Assembly (NCBI GenBank): GCA_963707955.1
Contig: OY970176.1
Coordinates: 576,001 to 640,000 of the forward strand
Source of the DNA: Candidatus Bathyarchaeota archaeon
GTDB taxonomy: Archaea > Thermoproteota > Bathyarchaeia > Bathyarchaeales > Bathycorpusculaceae
DNA length: 64,000 nt
Direction: 5' to 3'
Notes under the pieces: generated by a model
The model's database searches: none
Seen by the model: the letters and a program-made list of their open reading frames with translations, nothing else
What the model was told of the DNA's origin: nothing
Shown: in pieces, positions 30,278-41,158 of the stretch
Layout: every line of letters starts with the position of its first letter
Numbering within the stretch: position 1 is the first letter of the stretch
Position numbers and translations under genes: made by a program

Positions 30278-31009
30278 TCAGTTTCCTCGGTTTCGAGAGT
30301 CTCCGTTCACCATCTGTGCGCAGAGCTTCAGAAAGCCTTTCCCATGAATGTAGATGTCTTTCGTCAGTCTCTTCAACGGTGTTCTGGTTCCGCGCCTTTC
30401 TATCCATTCAACTGGAAACTCAGCCAATTTGTAACCCTCATGCACGCTTCGTACCATGATTTCGGTGTCCCAAAACCAATCTGCGCTACTGCAACGGCTC
30501 AAAAGGTCTCCTACGACCCTGCTTGAAAACGCCTTAAACCCCAGTTGGTGATCGTGCACGTGTGTTCTGAAGACTGCTCGAATCAGCAAATTGTACATTT
30601 TTGACACGAGACCTCGCAGTGCAGGGCGCTGCACGATGGCCCCACTCATGTACCTCGAGCCAGTGGCGAGGTCATAACCATTTCTTATTGCCCCAATCAG
30701 CTGCGGATAATATTTCATGTCGGTGGCCAAATCACAGTCGACAAAGGCGTAGATATCTCCGTTAACCTTTTTCCAAGCGTTCTTAAGAGCCAAACCTCTC
30801 CCCAATTTCCTGTCCGCGTGAATGTGAGTGATGCGTGGGTTGTTCCTTGCCAAGCGCTCGGCAATCTCGTCAGATCCGTCAGTGCTTCCATCTTCAGCTA
30901 TGACTATGCAGTAATCGTCGCCTAGAGCAATGGTTTCCTGCAACAGTGTTCTCACGGCCCTTTCAAGGAACTTTGCCTCGTTGTGGGCAGGAATCGTTGC
31001 AACTATCAA
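30278..31009 (-). CDS. GT2 glycosyltransferase (dolichol-phosphate sugar synthase-like)
   Basis: IPAHNE, DGSTD, GRGLA, DCD, GSRY, WFWDTE motifs. Confidence 0.9.
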   Translation of the reverse strand: MIVATIPAHNEAKFLERAVRTLLQETIALGDDYCIVIAEDGSTDGSDEIAERLARNNPRITHIHADRKLGRGLALKNAWKKVNGDIYAFVDCDLATDMKYYPQLIGAIRNGYDLATGSRYMSGAIVQRPALRGLVSKMYNLLIRAVFRTHVHDHQLGFKAFSSRVVGDLLSRCSSADWFWDTEIMVRSVHEGYKLAEFPVEWIERRGTRTPLKRLTKDIYIHGKGFLKLCAQMVNGDSRNRGN

Positions 31010-31426
31010 TTAGCCGCACCTGCAGGCCAGGTAGAGCACGCAACCTCAAGTGTCATCGCTGCTACGAAGACTCTCAAGCTGCAAAACGGGTACAAATGGG
31101 GAATTTCGATGCTGGCCATGCTTGTCTTGTATTGGCGGCTGATCTAATAAATCGAATGTAAGCGTTTCAATTATGAGAAAGCCAAATGGACAGTTCCAAT
31201 AGTACCCAAATCAGGGTCAGCACTTTCAGTCACTGCAGAAAATACGCTTTTTTGAAGCACGTAGCAATAGGTACTCTCAAGTGTGCGCGCGCTATTTAGA
31301 GTAAAAGACGGCATGTTAAACCTGCGAAACTAGGCACTTTCAAATCAAACTAAGTGAATTTGGAGACAGAGTCGAGTATTCCAAAAAGCTTAATAATCCA
31401 ACTACTTTCCTCGATGGTTAATCGAG

Positions 31427-31823
31427 GTGTTGAAATTGGTATCTGAGAAAGTGATGCGGTTTCAAGGGAAGAATAAGGATCTTAATCAGCTATCGCAGCA
31501 GATTGTTCAGCAACTGACGAGTGAAGGATACAAAACGCAGGCAACCACTGCACCTTTGGGACAAGTTATTCAAGCTAAGAAGGCTGGGATTTTGCGGGAC
31601 ATCATCACTGCGGATAGGGCGTTCAGCATTCTGGTAACGGGGCAGCCGAACGACTTTGCAATCCACATTGGCGTAGGCAAGTGGATTCAGAACATTGCAG
31701 TAGCAGCGGTCTGAGGCAATCCTTCTAACTTGGCTGTTCCTCGCCGTGGACGTCCCAGAAATGCTCTGGACTCAACACGTTGAGAAGGGAATCGCCAAAG
31801 AAATAACGCAGATCGTAGGCTAA
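31427..31823 (+). CDS. hypothetical protein with one extra base near 31712
   Basis: removing one base continues AVAAVEAILLTWLFLAVDVPEMLWTQHVEKGIAKEITQIVG to TAA, followed by a T-run. Confidence 0.65.
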
Positions 31824-32077
31824 CCTAGAAGGTCAACACGCTTTTTCAACTCCCTTTTTTCCTCAAGAATTAAAATTAATATCTTTCTGACGTATTCGTG
31901 CTTGAGGACTTGAGGATGAGGTGAATTTGTGTACACACTTCTCAAGGCGCGCACGCGCCAATGTGAAATTTCTATTTATTCCTTTCCCTAATTTCGTCAC
32001 GGTTCTCCTTCCTCAACGCTAACGAAGCGCGCGCAAGACTTAAGCGGTGAACCCGTCCACTTGAGAGTTGTGTTGTT

Positions 32078-32581
32078 ATGAGTGAATCAAAAGAAAGCAG
32101 AGCTGTTCCTTCAGGATTCCGCACAGTCACGCCCTATCTCGTGATCAACGGAGCCGCAAAGGCGATCGAGTTCTACAAGAAGGCTTTCAACGCCAAAGAA
32201 CTCTCGAGAAACCCTCTTCCAGACGGAAGAATATTGAATGCGCGAATCAAGATCGGCGACTCGATAGTAATGTTGTCTGAGGAGTTCCCAGGTTCCGACG
32301 TCAAATCACCGACCTCCCTTGGAGCCAGCACCGTGACGCTTCACATTTATTCGAAAGACGCGGAGAAACTGTGGAAACAGGCCATTTCTGCAGGAGCAAA
32401 GGTAACGAGGCCGATGGAAAATCAATTCTGGGGAGAGCGATACGGACAGCTTGCCGATCCGTTTGGTCACCATTGGTCAATCTCGAAACAAGTCAAAATG
32501 AGTGATAGAGAGATGGAGACTAAACGAAAGGCTTCATTCGCAATGTTCAAGCAAGATCATCATCCTGGAAAAACCGAGTAG
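32078..32581 (+). CDS. VOC/PhnB-like glyoxalase family protein
   Basis: TVTPYL, AIEFYKKAF, QFWGERYGQLADPFGHHW. Confidence 0.9.
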   Translation: MSESKESRAVPSGFRTVTPYLVINGAAKAIEFYKKAFNAKELSRNPLPDGRILNARIKIGDSIVMLSEEFPGSDVKSPTSLGASTVTLHIYSKDAEKLWKQAISAGAKVTRPMENQFWGERYGQLADPFGHHWSISKQVKMSDREMETKRKASFAMFKQDHHPGKTE

Positions 32582-32857
32582 ATCGCCTCTAACCAAGTCA
32601 ATTGCGGGAAAACTTCCTGCCCCACATCTTCGATGGCTAAGGACCTTATGCGCGTGACTCCATGAAGACTGATTCAAGATTCTTTCGCGCACGCTACAGC
32701 GAAACTTTTAAACTTTCTTCCTTATTTCCGTGCCTCATTTTCGATTTCCGTTTAACCAAGTGGTTAAAATTCGCCTTCAGCCATGCAACCACTCGCACGG
32801 TCAAAAAGGCGAGAATCTCTCGCTAGTTCTGAAGTGATTTTTCGATGCGAAAGATGG

Positions 32858-33157
32858 CTATGTCCGTATTGCCTTGAAAGTTGCCTTTGGCACGTAATCG
32901 AAGAATCTTTCGGTCGTATTGCCCAAGGTCCATTCTGCGCGGATTCTGGTCTTCTTCTCGACTTTACGCATCTCTGAGAGTAGCATGCGGTTTAGGTCTC
33001 TGGCGCTTTCTCCATTGAGTTCTGCGTTGACTTCGAATCCTTCGCTCAGGGGCTTGATAGTTCCTTCATTGCCTATGATTCGTTCAAGCACTGGTTTGAT
33101 CGCTGGTGGATTGTCACTGCTTATTCGTGCAGATAATTTGAACCTCTTATCAACCAT
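32858..33157 (-). CDS. hypothetical protein
   Basis: 99-aa ORF, GESARDLNRMLLSEMRKVEK...FFDY. Confidence 0.65.
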   Translation of the reverse strand: MVDKRFKLSARISSDNPPAIKPVLERIIGNEGTIKPLSEGFEVNAELNGESARDLNRMLLSEMRKVEKKTRIRAEWTLGNTTERFFDYVPKATFKAIRT

Positions 33158-33406
33158 AGTGTATCCAGACCTGAAATAGAGCTGGAAGTTCCAATATAAA
33201 AATCTGCATTGTAAAGGTCATCAGCCGTAGGAGAGACTATGACTCCACTATTTTGTGTAACCGAAGCAATTTGACGCGTGCGTAATCGATAGGAGCCAAA
33301 TCGAGCAGAGTCAACTGCGCCAACTCAGCATGGCATTGAAACAACAGATGCTAAAAGAAATCCGCGAACCCCAAGACGAAAAAAGTATGAATTCAAGCTT
33401 GAGCAA

Positions 33407-33430
33407 TGGTAGCCCGGGAGAGATTCAAAT
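33407..33430 (-). repeat. tRNA 3'-end remnant (att-like)
   Basis: minus strand reads ATTTGAATCTCTCCCGGGCTACCA. Confidence 0.5.
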
Positions 33431-33654
33431 ATCGGTTTAAAATATCAGGGGTAAGGCAAGAATATTAACCATTTTTCAAAATTATGCAAAGAATGAGCTT
33501 AAACCGAGTTTTAAACCTAACTCCCCTGCACTAAACTTTCTAGTTGACGTTTGGATTCTCGGTTTTAGACTTGAGAACTTTGGTAGAAATGCATGTGTTG
33601 AATCGTAAAAAAAAGGGACGTGTTTGAGGAAATCGCACCTATTCAGTTTCAGAC

Positions 33655-33732
33655 TGGTGGGGCTGCCCGGATTTGAACCGGGGTCACGAGCGCCCGAGGC
33701 TCATAGCCTAGACCAAGCTAGCCGACAGCCCC
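33655..33732 (-). tRNA. tRNA-Pro(CGG); CCA encoded
   Basis: GGGGCTG...TGAGC-CT-CGG-GC-GCTCG...GGTTCAAATCC...CAGCCCCACCA. Confidence 0.95.
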
Positions 33733-33827
33733 TTGAAGCTGAAACTCTCATTTCAGGCGAGAAAAATAAGTGTTCCTCAACGCCTTTAAACCCTTACTCC
33801 TAAATAATACGCTTACGGTTTCGAGGG

Positions 33828-36050
33828 TTGGAGAGAGAGTTGTCTGTTCCCCAACGGGTCCGCGGGGTCAGGATACTGAAGGCTGTCTCGTCACCTTTGA
33901 GGCTGCAGATTTTGAACTTGCTTTTTGACGAGGGCCCGCTTTCTTACACTGAACTGATGGGTTCTCTCAAGATGAACCCCAGCAGGGATGCTGGAAGGTT
34001 TGCGTACCACCTGAAATTCTTGCTCAAGGCGGACTTGATCGAAGCGGATGTCGAGGCGAGGAAGTATCGCTTAACCGAACTGGGGAAGATGGTCATTGAC
34101 GTTGCGGACAAAATTGATAAGAAAGCTTTCAAGCCGAGAAGTGCGCTTGTTCGGACGAGCCGTCTTGCACTTGAAGAGTTTGATGCTAACAAGATTGCGA
34201 GCTCGTTGACAAGAGAAGCGAAGATGCCTGCTGAGCTTGCGCAAAGAGTGGCCAAAGAAGCAGAGAAACAGCTGATTCGGGCAAGAACGAAGTATTTGAC
34301 TGCTCCACTCGTGAGAGAAGTCGTGAACGCGATCTTGATAGAGAAAGGCTTGGAAGAGTATCGACACAAGCTTACACGGTTGGGAATACCTGTTCACGAC
34401 GTGACCAGTCTTTTAGAATCGAGGAACATAACCCCTCACGAAACGGTCTCAGCGCAGGAATCAGCTGGTGAAACAGTCTTCAAGGAGTACACGCTGCTGA
34501 ACATTCTCCCAAGAGACGTTTCAGATGCTCACTTGTCAGGTTCCTTACACCTCAACGGCTTAAGCTCATGGATCCTGAAGCCTAATGAAATAATGCACGA
34601 CCTCCGATTCTTTTTAGGAAACGGCTTAGACCTGGAGAGAATTGACCCGCTGCAACAGTCCCAACCTGCACCTCAGAACTTTCAGGCCGCGCTTTCTTTA
34701 ACTTTCAACGTTCTTCTGCACAGCGCTAAAGAAGTCGACACCATGCAGACACTCGACTACTTCAACGTGTTCCTAGCCCCATTCGCCAAGGATGCTGAAA
34801 CCTCTAAGGTCAAAGAAGCTTTGCGGTTGTTCACTGCAAGCTTGGCTCAGCACGCACATGTTTCTCTAGGCCTGGAGCTGACTGTTCCAGACTTCTTGGC
34901 TGAGAAGCAAGCCGTGGGTCCTGGTGGAAAGCCTATCGGCACTTACGCAGATTTCACTGAACAGGTCCAGCTTTTGGCATCTCTCTTGCTTGAGGTCTTC
35001 GCTGAAGAGGGTAGCCGTAAGCCGCTGACGGACCCGGAGCTTGTCCTGAAAATCCGCGCAGAAACCACCTCGAATGAAAGAGCAAAAGCGTTGCTGCTGA
35101 AAGCTCACAGCCTAGCTTCAGAAAGAGGCGTTCTATACTTTGCCAACGCGCTCAAGAAGGAGAGGAAACATTCCGTTTTTTCTTCATCAGGGCTTGTGCT
35201 CGACACAGATTTGAGCGGTGACTGGGAAATTGACACGTTGCGCACAGGGTGTCTCGGAGTCGTAACGATCAATGTTCCGCGAATCGCGTATGAATCGTGC
35301 AGAGACCAGACAAAATTCCTTGAAATCCTAAAGGAAAGGATTGAGATGGCAGACAGGGCGCTAGAAATCAAACATAGGGCCCTGACGCATCGCGGCAAGA
35401 ATCTGCTGCCGTTTATCATGCAGGGCGGCAGTGGAGACCAATACTTCAGACTTGAAAGCTGTTCTCGCATAATAAACTTGGCGGGGTTGAAACAGGGTGC
35501 TGAGATGTTCTGTGAAAAAAGTGCTGGCGACGAAAAGACATTAGCCTTCTCAGCGGAAATCGCACGAGACGTTTCAGTCTACGTTCAGAAGATCGGCAGA
35601 AGACGCGGAAAACGCTTGTCCGCTGCGATGCTTCCCAACTGCGAAGCTTCTAAGAGACTGGCCCAGATGGACATCGAAAGGTACGGAGTTGCGAAAGTGA
35701 AGTTTTCAGGCGTGAGAGAGAAGCCTTTCTACTCCACTGCCAACCGAATACCGATTACCGGCGGAAGGGTCGCAGAAGAATCGTTGACGTTTGAAGATAA
35801 GCTGGCCGAAGCGCATGTTGGTGGAAGCCTAACGGTCGTCGACCTTGGCGAGAGCAAGCATGAGCCTGAAGAGCTTATGGCAATTACTAGACAGCTCACT
35901 GAAGGTCACAACGTAGACGTCTTCACTTATGACCGCAAACTCACCTATTGCGTCAGCTGCAAGAAAAGCTGGTTTGGCCTACTGCACAAGTGCCCCTCAT
36001 GCGGAGCGGTGGGAACGTTAGCCTTCCTTGACAGGTTCATGGGCACGTGA
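33828..36050 (+). CDS. ArsR-type wHTH + ATP-cone + degenerate class III ribonucleotide reductase (NrdD-like) fusion
   Basis: RLQILNLL...FAYHLKFL wHTH; EEFDANKI ATP-cone; AHLSG, DTLRTG..TINVPRIA; C-terminal CxxC-CPxCG. Confidence 0.85.
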   Translation: MERELSVPQRVRGVRILKAVSSPLRLQILNLLFDEGPLSYTELMGSLKMNPSRDAGRFAYHLKFLLKADLIEADVEARKYRLTELGKMVIDVADKIDKKAFKPRSALVRTSRLALEEFDANKIASSLTREAKMPAELAQRVAKEAEKQLIRARTKYLTAPLVREVVNAILIEKGLEEYRHKLTRLGIPVHDVTSLLESRNITPHETVSAQESAGETVFKEYTLLNILPRDVSDAHLSGSLHLNGLSSWILKPNEIMHDLRFFLGNGLDLERIDPLQQSQPAPQNFQAALSLTFNVLLHSAKEVDTMQTLDYFNVFLAPFAKDAETSKVKEALRLFTASLAQHAHVSLGLELTVPDFLAEKQAVGPGGKPIGTYADFTEQVQLLASLLLEVFAEEGSRKPLTDPELVLKIRAETTSNERAKALLLKAHSLASERGVLYFANALKKERKHSVFSSSGLVLDTDLSGDWEIDTLRTGCLGVVTINVPRIAYESCRDQTKFLEILKERIEMADRALEIKHRALTHRGKNLLPFIMQGGSGDQYFRLESCSRIINLAGLKQGAEMFCEKSAGDEKTLAFSAEIARDVSVYVQKIGRRRGKRLSAAMLPNCEASKRLAQMDIERYGVAKVKFSGVREKPFYSTANRIPITGGRVAEESLTFEDKLAEAHVGGSLTVVDLGESKHEPEELMAITRQLTEGHNVDVFTYDRKLTYCVSCKKSWFGLLHKCPSCGAVGTLAFLDRFMGT

Positions 36051-36072
36051 TCTGAAAAGAGAGAGCAGTCTG

Positions 36073-37020
<948 letters not shown>

Positions 37021-37224
37021 CTACTAGATAAGAATTTGTGGCACTCCTTCTAGCGTGCGCTAGCGCAAATCGACATACCCACTTCATCTTGCGGCTTCAG
37101 AAAACACGTAAAGAATTTGGCGGTTTTCTTCTCTATTCACGCAGAGAAAAGTCTCACTCTGCCAAGGATTAAAGTCTTTTATCTGCGGTTGTGGTATTAC
37201 CGTTTTCTTAGAAGGGAATTTCGA

Positions 37225-37695
37225 ATGACCGAGACTGAGCTGAGGGTTTCAAAGATCAAGGATGGCACAGTTATTGATCACATAACGAGAGGACACGCGT
37301 TGGACGTTGTCAAGATTCTGGGCATCACAGGAAACGACAAGGGCCCTATCACGATCGCCATTAATGTTCCGAGTAAACGGTTAAGGACGAAGGACATCGT
37401 CAAGATAGAGGGCAGGGAATTGAAGCCGCAGGAAGTTCACAAGATCGCTTTGATCGCGCCGCATGCTAGCATTAACATCATTCGAGGCTACAAAGTTGTA
37501 AAAAAGGAAGAGGTGAAGCTGCCAAAAGTCATTGACGACATTATCAAGTGCGCCAACCCAGCTTGCATAAGCAACAGCAATGAGCCTGTTAAAGCCAGGT
37601 TCTACGTTGAATGCGAGGAACCGCTGTTATTGAAGTGCCACTACTGTGGCTACATCGTCGAAAAGAAAGATGTGTTGCAGCAGTTTTGGTATTAG
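37225..37695 (+). CDS. pyrI: aspartate carbamoyltransferase regulatory subunit
   Basis: IKDGTVIDHI, KDIVKIE, CANPACIS, CHYC. Confidence 0.95.
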   Translation: MTETELRVSKIKDGTVIDHITRGHALDVVKILGITGNDKGPITIAINVPSKRLRTKDIVKIEGRELKPQEVHKIALIAPHASINIIRGYKVVKKEEVKLPKVIDDIIKCANPACISNSNEPVKARFYVECEEPLLLKCHYCGYIVEKKDVLQQFWY

Positions 37696-37775
37696 TGTTG
37701 AACAATTGGACTGGCGAAATGTTTATATCGTAAGATAGCATATTCTATAACTAGATATGTCCGCTCTGGGACATA

Positions 37776-38153
37776 TTGTATCCGTGCAGAACAGAAATAC
37801 ACGTGGTGAAAAACATGATTGAAATGTTCACGTCCAACCTGTGGATAATCGCGCCCAGCCTCTGGGCGTGTTTCATAGCCTATGTAATCTGGTACTCTGC
37901 AAGAGCGAAGGATTACGCCCCCATAACGCCTACAGAAGCCAGACAACTCTGGGTCATTCATCAGCAAGACTCCCACTGCAGCAGCAAAAAATGGCGACAA
38001 CTGAGAAAACGAGGCATAACAGTAGGCTTCGAATGCGGTTGCGGCCACAAGTACACGCAGCTACGTCCGATCGTGGCCCACCTGCCTTCAACGGCGGTTC
38101 AGCTGCAGACCGCGACGCTGAACACCGCAGAGCCTCCAAACAAGACCTCGTAG
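37776..38153 (+). CDS. membrane-anchored small Zn-binding hypothetical protein (start probably at MIEMF)
   Basis: TM helix then H..C and CGCG motifs. Confidence 0.6.
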   Translation: MYPCRTEIHVVKNMIEMFTSNLWIIAPSLWACFIAYVIWYSARAKDYAPITPTEARQLWVIHQQDSHCSSKKWRQLRKRGITVGFECGCGHKYTQLRPIVAHLPSTAVQLQTATLNTAEPPNKTS

Positions 38154-38176
38154 GACTCTGAATCGGCAACCTTGGT

Positions 38177-38617
38177 TCACTTGATTTGATTACGGGCCAA
38201 CCGAAATAGCTCTTCGAAGTAGACCTTTCCCAACAGCTTGCCTCTGCCTATTCCTGGACATTCCTTCGTGGAAGAAAAAACGAGCCTCCCGTTTCGTAGT
38301 GTTCTTAACTGGAACGGATAGTATCGGCAGACGAGCGGTCTCGAAGCGTATATGATACATGTGTCCTTTTCAAGAAATAGACACTTACCGCTTATGCTCT
38401 TTCTCATCTCATAGACGTAGGGTTCGCGGCCTTCGGTTCTGCACGCGAAATCTTCAACGGGCCTTGAGGTTGTTTCAGAGATCCTCTGCGCCTCCTTTTT
38501 CAACAAGAGAATGTGCCTAGCCCTCGCTTCTGCATCGCCGCAGCACAGCCCACATCTCGTGCATTGAAATCGGACGTTCTTCGGGTAGGCGAAGTTCGTG
38601 TGAGTTCTAGACATCAA
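38177..38617 (-). CDS. YkgJ-family cysteine-cluster protein
   Basis: FQCTRCGLCC, CLFL, CIIYASRPLVCRYYPF, CPGIG. Confidence 0.88.
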   Translation of the reverse strand: MMSRTHTNFAYPKNVRFQCTRCGLCCGDAEARARHILLLKKEAQRISETTSRPVEDFACRTEGREPYVYEMRKSISGKCLFLEKDTCIIYASRPLVCRYYPFQLRTLRNGRLVFSSTKECPGIGRGKLLGKVYFEELFRLARNQIK

Positions 38618-38900
38618 CCAATGATGCAGGAAGCTAGGGGTAAAAACTCTTGTGCTTTAAGCTTTGATTCTCGGTTCTAACATGTCGCATTCAGAGCTTT
38701 TTCGAACCAGGCTGGCTTTCTTTTCCTCCGAGTCCACTTTCACTGCAGCTAATTCTGAACTAATGATTCAAGCTTCTTTCGTTTTGCGGTCTCTAACGTG
38801 CTGCTTTCCTGCTTCTTTTGAGTCATTTCCAGTTCGTGTATTCGGGTCGCTATTACCCCAAATGTTATTTACTTTTTCAGCTGATTAGGATTCGCAGGAT

Positions 38901-39395
38901 GTGGGCTACGTGGATCCAAGAACCCTTATGGAATACAGCCACGTGCTTAGGAATCGATACTTGGAACAGCTCGCCACACTTCCTTGGGAGGAGGTTGTGA
39001 AGAGCCGTGGAGCCAGCTTTGATTCCTTGAGGAATATTCTTTTGCACACGCTTGACGCTGAAGATAGGATGGTCAACTACGCCATCCCTGGTCGTGTGAA
39101 AGACTGGGTTTCACGGAGCCCAGAAGATTTTCAGGACATAGCTTCCGTCCGAAAGCGCATGAAAGAGGTTGAATCAAAGACTAACGCCTATGTCGCAAAG
39201 ATAACTCCTGCCGAGCTTGAAAGAAAAGTGGAATACTCGAGGCCAGGAATGCCACCTCTAACAGTGCGAGTGGAGGACATTCTGATTCATGTTGTTCTTG
39301 AAAGCATACACCACTTCGGCGAGCTGATCGCGCTCCTGTGGCAAATCGACGCAGAACCACCTCACATGGGTTGGATAACCTACCTCCAGAGATAA
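38901..39395 (+). CDS. DinB/YfiT family protein
   Basis: SLRNILLH, ILIHVVLESIHHFGEL. Confidence 0.85.
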   Translation: MGYVDPRTLMEYSHVLRNRYLEQLATLPWEEVVKSRGASFDSLRNILLHTLDAEDRMVNYAIPGRVKDWVSRSPEDFQDIASVRKRMKEVESKTNAYVAKITPAELERKVEYSRPGMPPLTVRVEDILIHVVLESIHHFGELIALLWQIDAEPPHMGWITYLQR

Positions 39396-39546
39396 CCTCT
39401 CCACAGCTCGTAGAATCAGCAAATTTCGCGCGGTCTAAACGAGTTTCTGAGAATCATCAAAACAATCGGTGAGAGCTTGTTGACTTGAGCGAGGCTCAAG
39501 GAATGTGAGAGTCGATGGGAGCAAAGCCACGTTTAGGTTGCTTGTG

Positions 39547-40728
39547 CTAGATTTTGTTGAAGGCCTGCTCCAAGTCGGCGATGATGTCCTCTGGGTCTTC
39601 TATTCCCAGAGCCAACCTGATCAGCTGATCCGTTATCCCTGCTTTTTTTCGGTCTTCAACGCTGACGAAGTAGTGCGACGCCGTGACGGGCTGAGTGACC
39701 AGCGTTTCGGTTCCTCCGAGGCTGGAGGCTAAAGAACAAAGTTTCAGGTTTTCCACGAACTTCGCAGTCGTCTCAAAGTCTCTGTCGATTTCGAAGCTGA
39801 CGACTCCGCCGAAGCCCGTCATCTGCCGCTTGGCAATTGCGTGCTGAGGGTGACTTTCAAGGCCTGGATAGTGCACGGTTTTGACTTTTGGATGTCCTTC
39901 AAGATACGTTGCCACTTTGATGCCGTTGGAGTTGTGCCTCTCCATTCGCAAGCCCAGAGTCTTTAATCCACGTAGTAGTAGCCAAGCGGCGAGGGGATCA
40001 AGAGTTCCGCCTAAGCTTTTGCGCGTTTTTTTCAGTTCTTGCACAAACCTTTCTGAACCGCACACGACTCCAGCGGTCACGTCGTTGTGCCCACACAGGT
40101 ATTTCGTGGCGCTGTGGACCACGACGTCGACGCCTAGCTCCGTAGGCTTCGTGTTGTACGGAGAAGCGAAGGTGCTGTCAACGACAACCGTGGCTCCTTT
40201 CTCTTTTCCGATCTTGGCGACCGCGGATAAATCCGCAACCTTAAGCGTAGGATTGGTCGGGGTTTCAGCGTAAATGACCTTTGTGTTGCTTCGAGTGGCA
40301 GATCTTATTTCATCCAGATCTGTTGCGTCCACCAAAGTCGTTTCCACGCCGAATTTCGGCAAGACCTTGTTGAAGAATTCCAAAGTTCCACCGTACAAGT
40401 CCCTAGTGGAGACAACGTGGTCACCTGACGAGACGAGCGTGAAAAACGTTGTCGCAATGGCGGCCATGCCGGAAGAGAAAACCGCTGCGTCTTCACTCTG
40501 TTCAAGCTCAGCCATCTTGTCCTCAACACTTCTAGTCGTCGGATTCCCATACCTAGTGTAAACATACCCTTCGGCCTTCTCGCCCATAACGTCCACTAGC
40601 TGCTTCGTGCTAGAAAACGCGAACACGGATGTCTCATAGATCGGCTCGACAACAGCTCCCGAGGAAGAACCTCGCTTATCCCCCGCATGAACCGCTTTGG
40701 TTGAAAAACCCATACCTTTTGAAACCAA
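39547..40728 (-). CDS. PLP-dependent Cys/Met metabolism enzyme (cystathionine gamma-synthase / methionine gamma-lyase family)
   Basis: YTRYGNPT, SSGMAA, ETPTNP, HSATKYLCGH, SLGG. Confidence 0.93.
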   Translation of the reverse strand: MVSKGMGFSTKAVHAGDKRGSSSGAVVEPIYETSVFAFSSTKQLVDVMGEKAEGYVYTRYGNPTTRSVEDKMAELEQSEDAAVFSSGMAAIATTFFTLVSSGDHVVSTRDLYGGTLEFFNKVLPKFGVETTLVDATDLDEIRSATRSNTKVIYAETPTNPTLKVADLSAVAKIGKEKGATVVVDSTFASPYNTKPTELGVDVVVHSATKYLCGHNDVTAGVVCGSERFVQELKKTRKSLGGTLDPLAAWLLLRGLKTLGLRMERHNSNGIKVATYLEGHPKVKTVHYPGLESHPQHAIAKRQMTGFGGVVSFEIDRDFETTAKFVENLKLCSLASSLGGTETLVTQPVTASHYFVSVEDRKKAGITDQLIRLALGIEDPEDIIADLEQAFNKI

Positions 40729-41028
40729 CTTATCACCTATTCAAACAATAATGAAGGAAACAATTTTACTTTTTCCCCAGCGTCCGTGTTGCCCAGATAC
40801 TCCAGTTACGCACCAAGAGATTCCGGGCCTTTGGATCGTACCGAAAACGCCAGTACATGCCGGCAACATGCGCGCCTATCGTAGACTAGTTTGGGACGCT
40901 GTTCATATTTGGCTCCAAATATTCATGGTACATTGAAACCGAGGAGGGGTACCCGACACGAGCTCACGTTCATACTCATGCAAAAAAGACTCACCGCGCG
41001 CGCTTAATTTTGGTCACGGATAGTGTTG

Positions 41029-41105
41029 TGGCGCCGCCGATAGGACTTGAACCTATGACCGACTGGTTAACAGCCAGCCGCTCTACCTAGCTGAGCTACG
41101 GCGGC
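41029..41105 (-). tRNA. tRNA-Asn(GTT); CCA encoded
   Basis: GCCGCCGTAGCTCAG...GCTGG-CT-GTT-AA-CCAGT...GGTTCAAGTCC. Confidence 0.95.
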
Positions 41106-41158
41106 ACTTTTAGAGGATTACAAGTTTTGGGTTTGCAGCGGTATTTAAGGTTAGTTGT

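Noticed and set aside
31700-31720. TGA as selenocysteine or read-through
   Set aside because: The plausible continuation is in another frame, so a one-base insertion explains it
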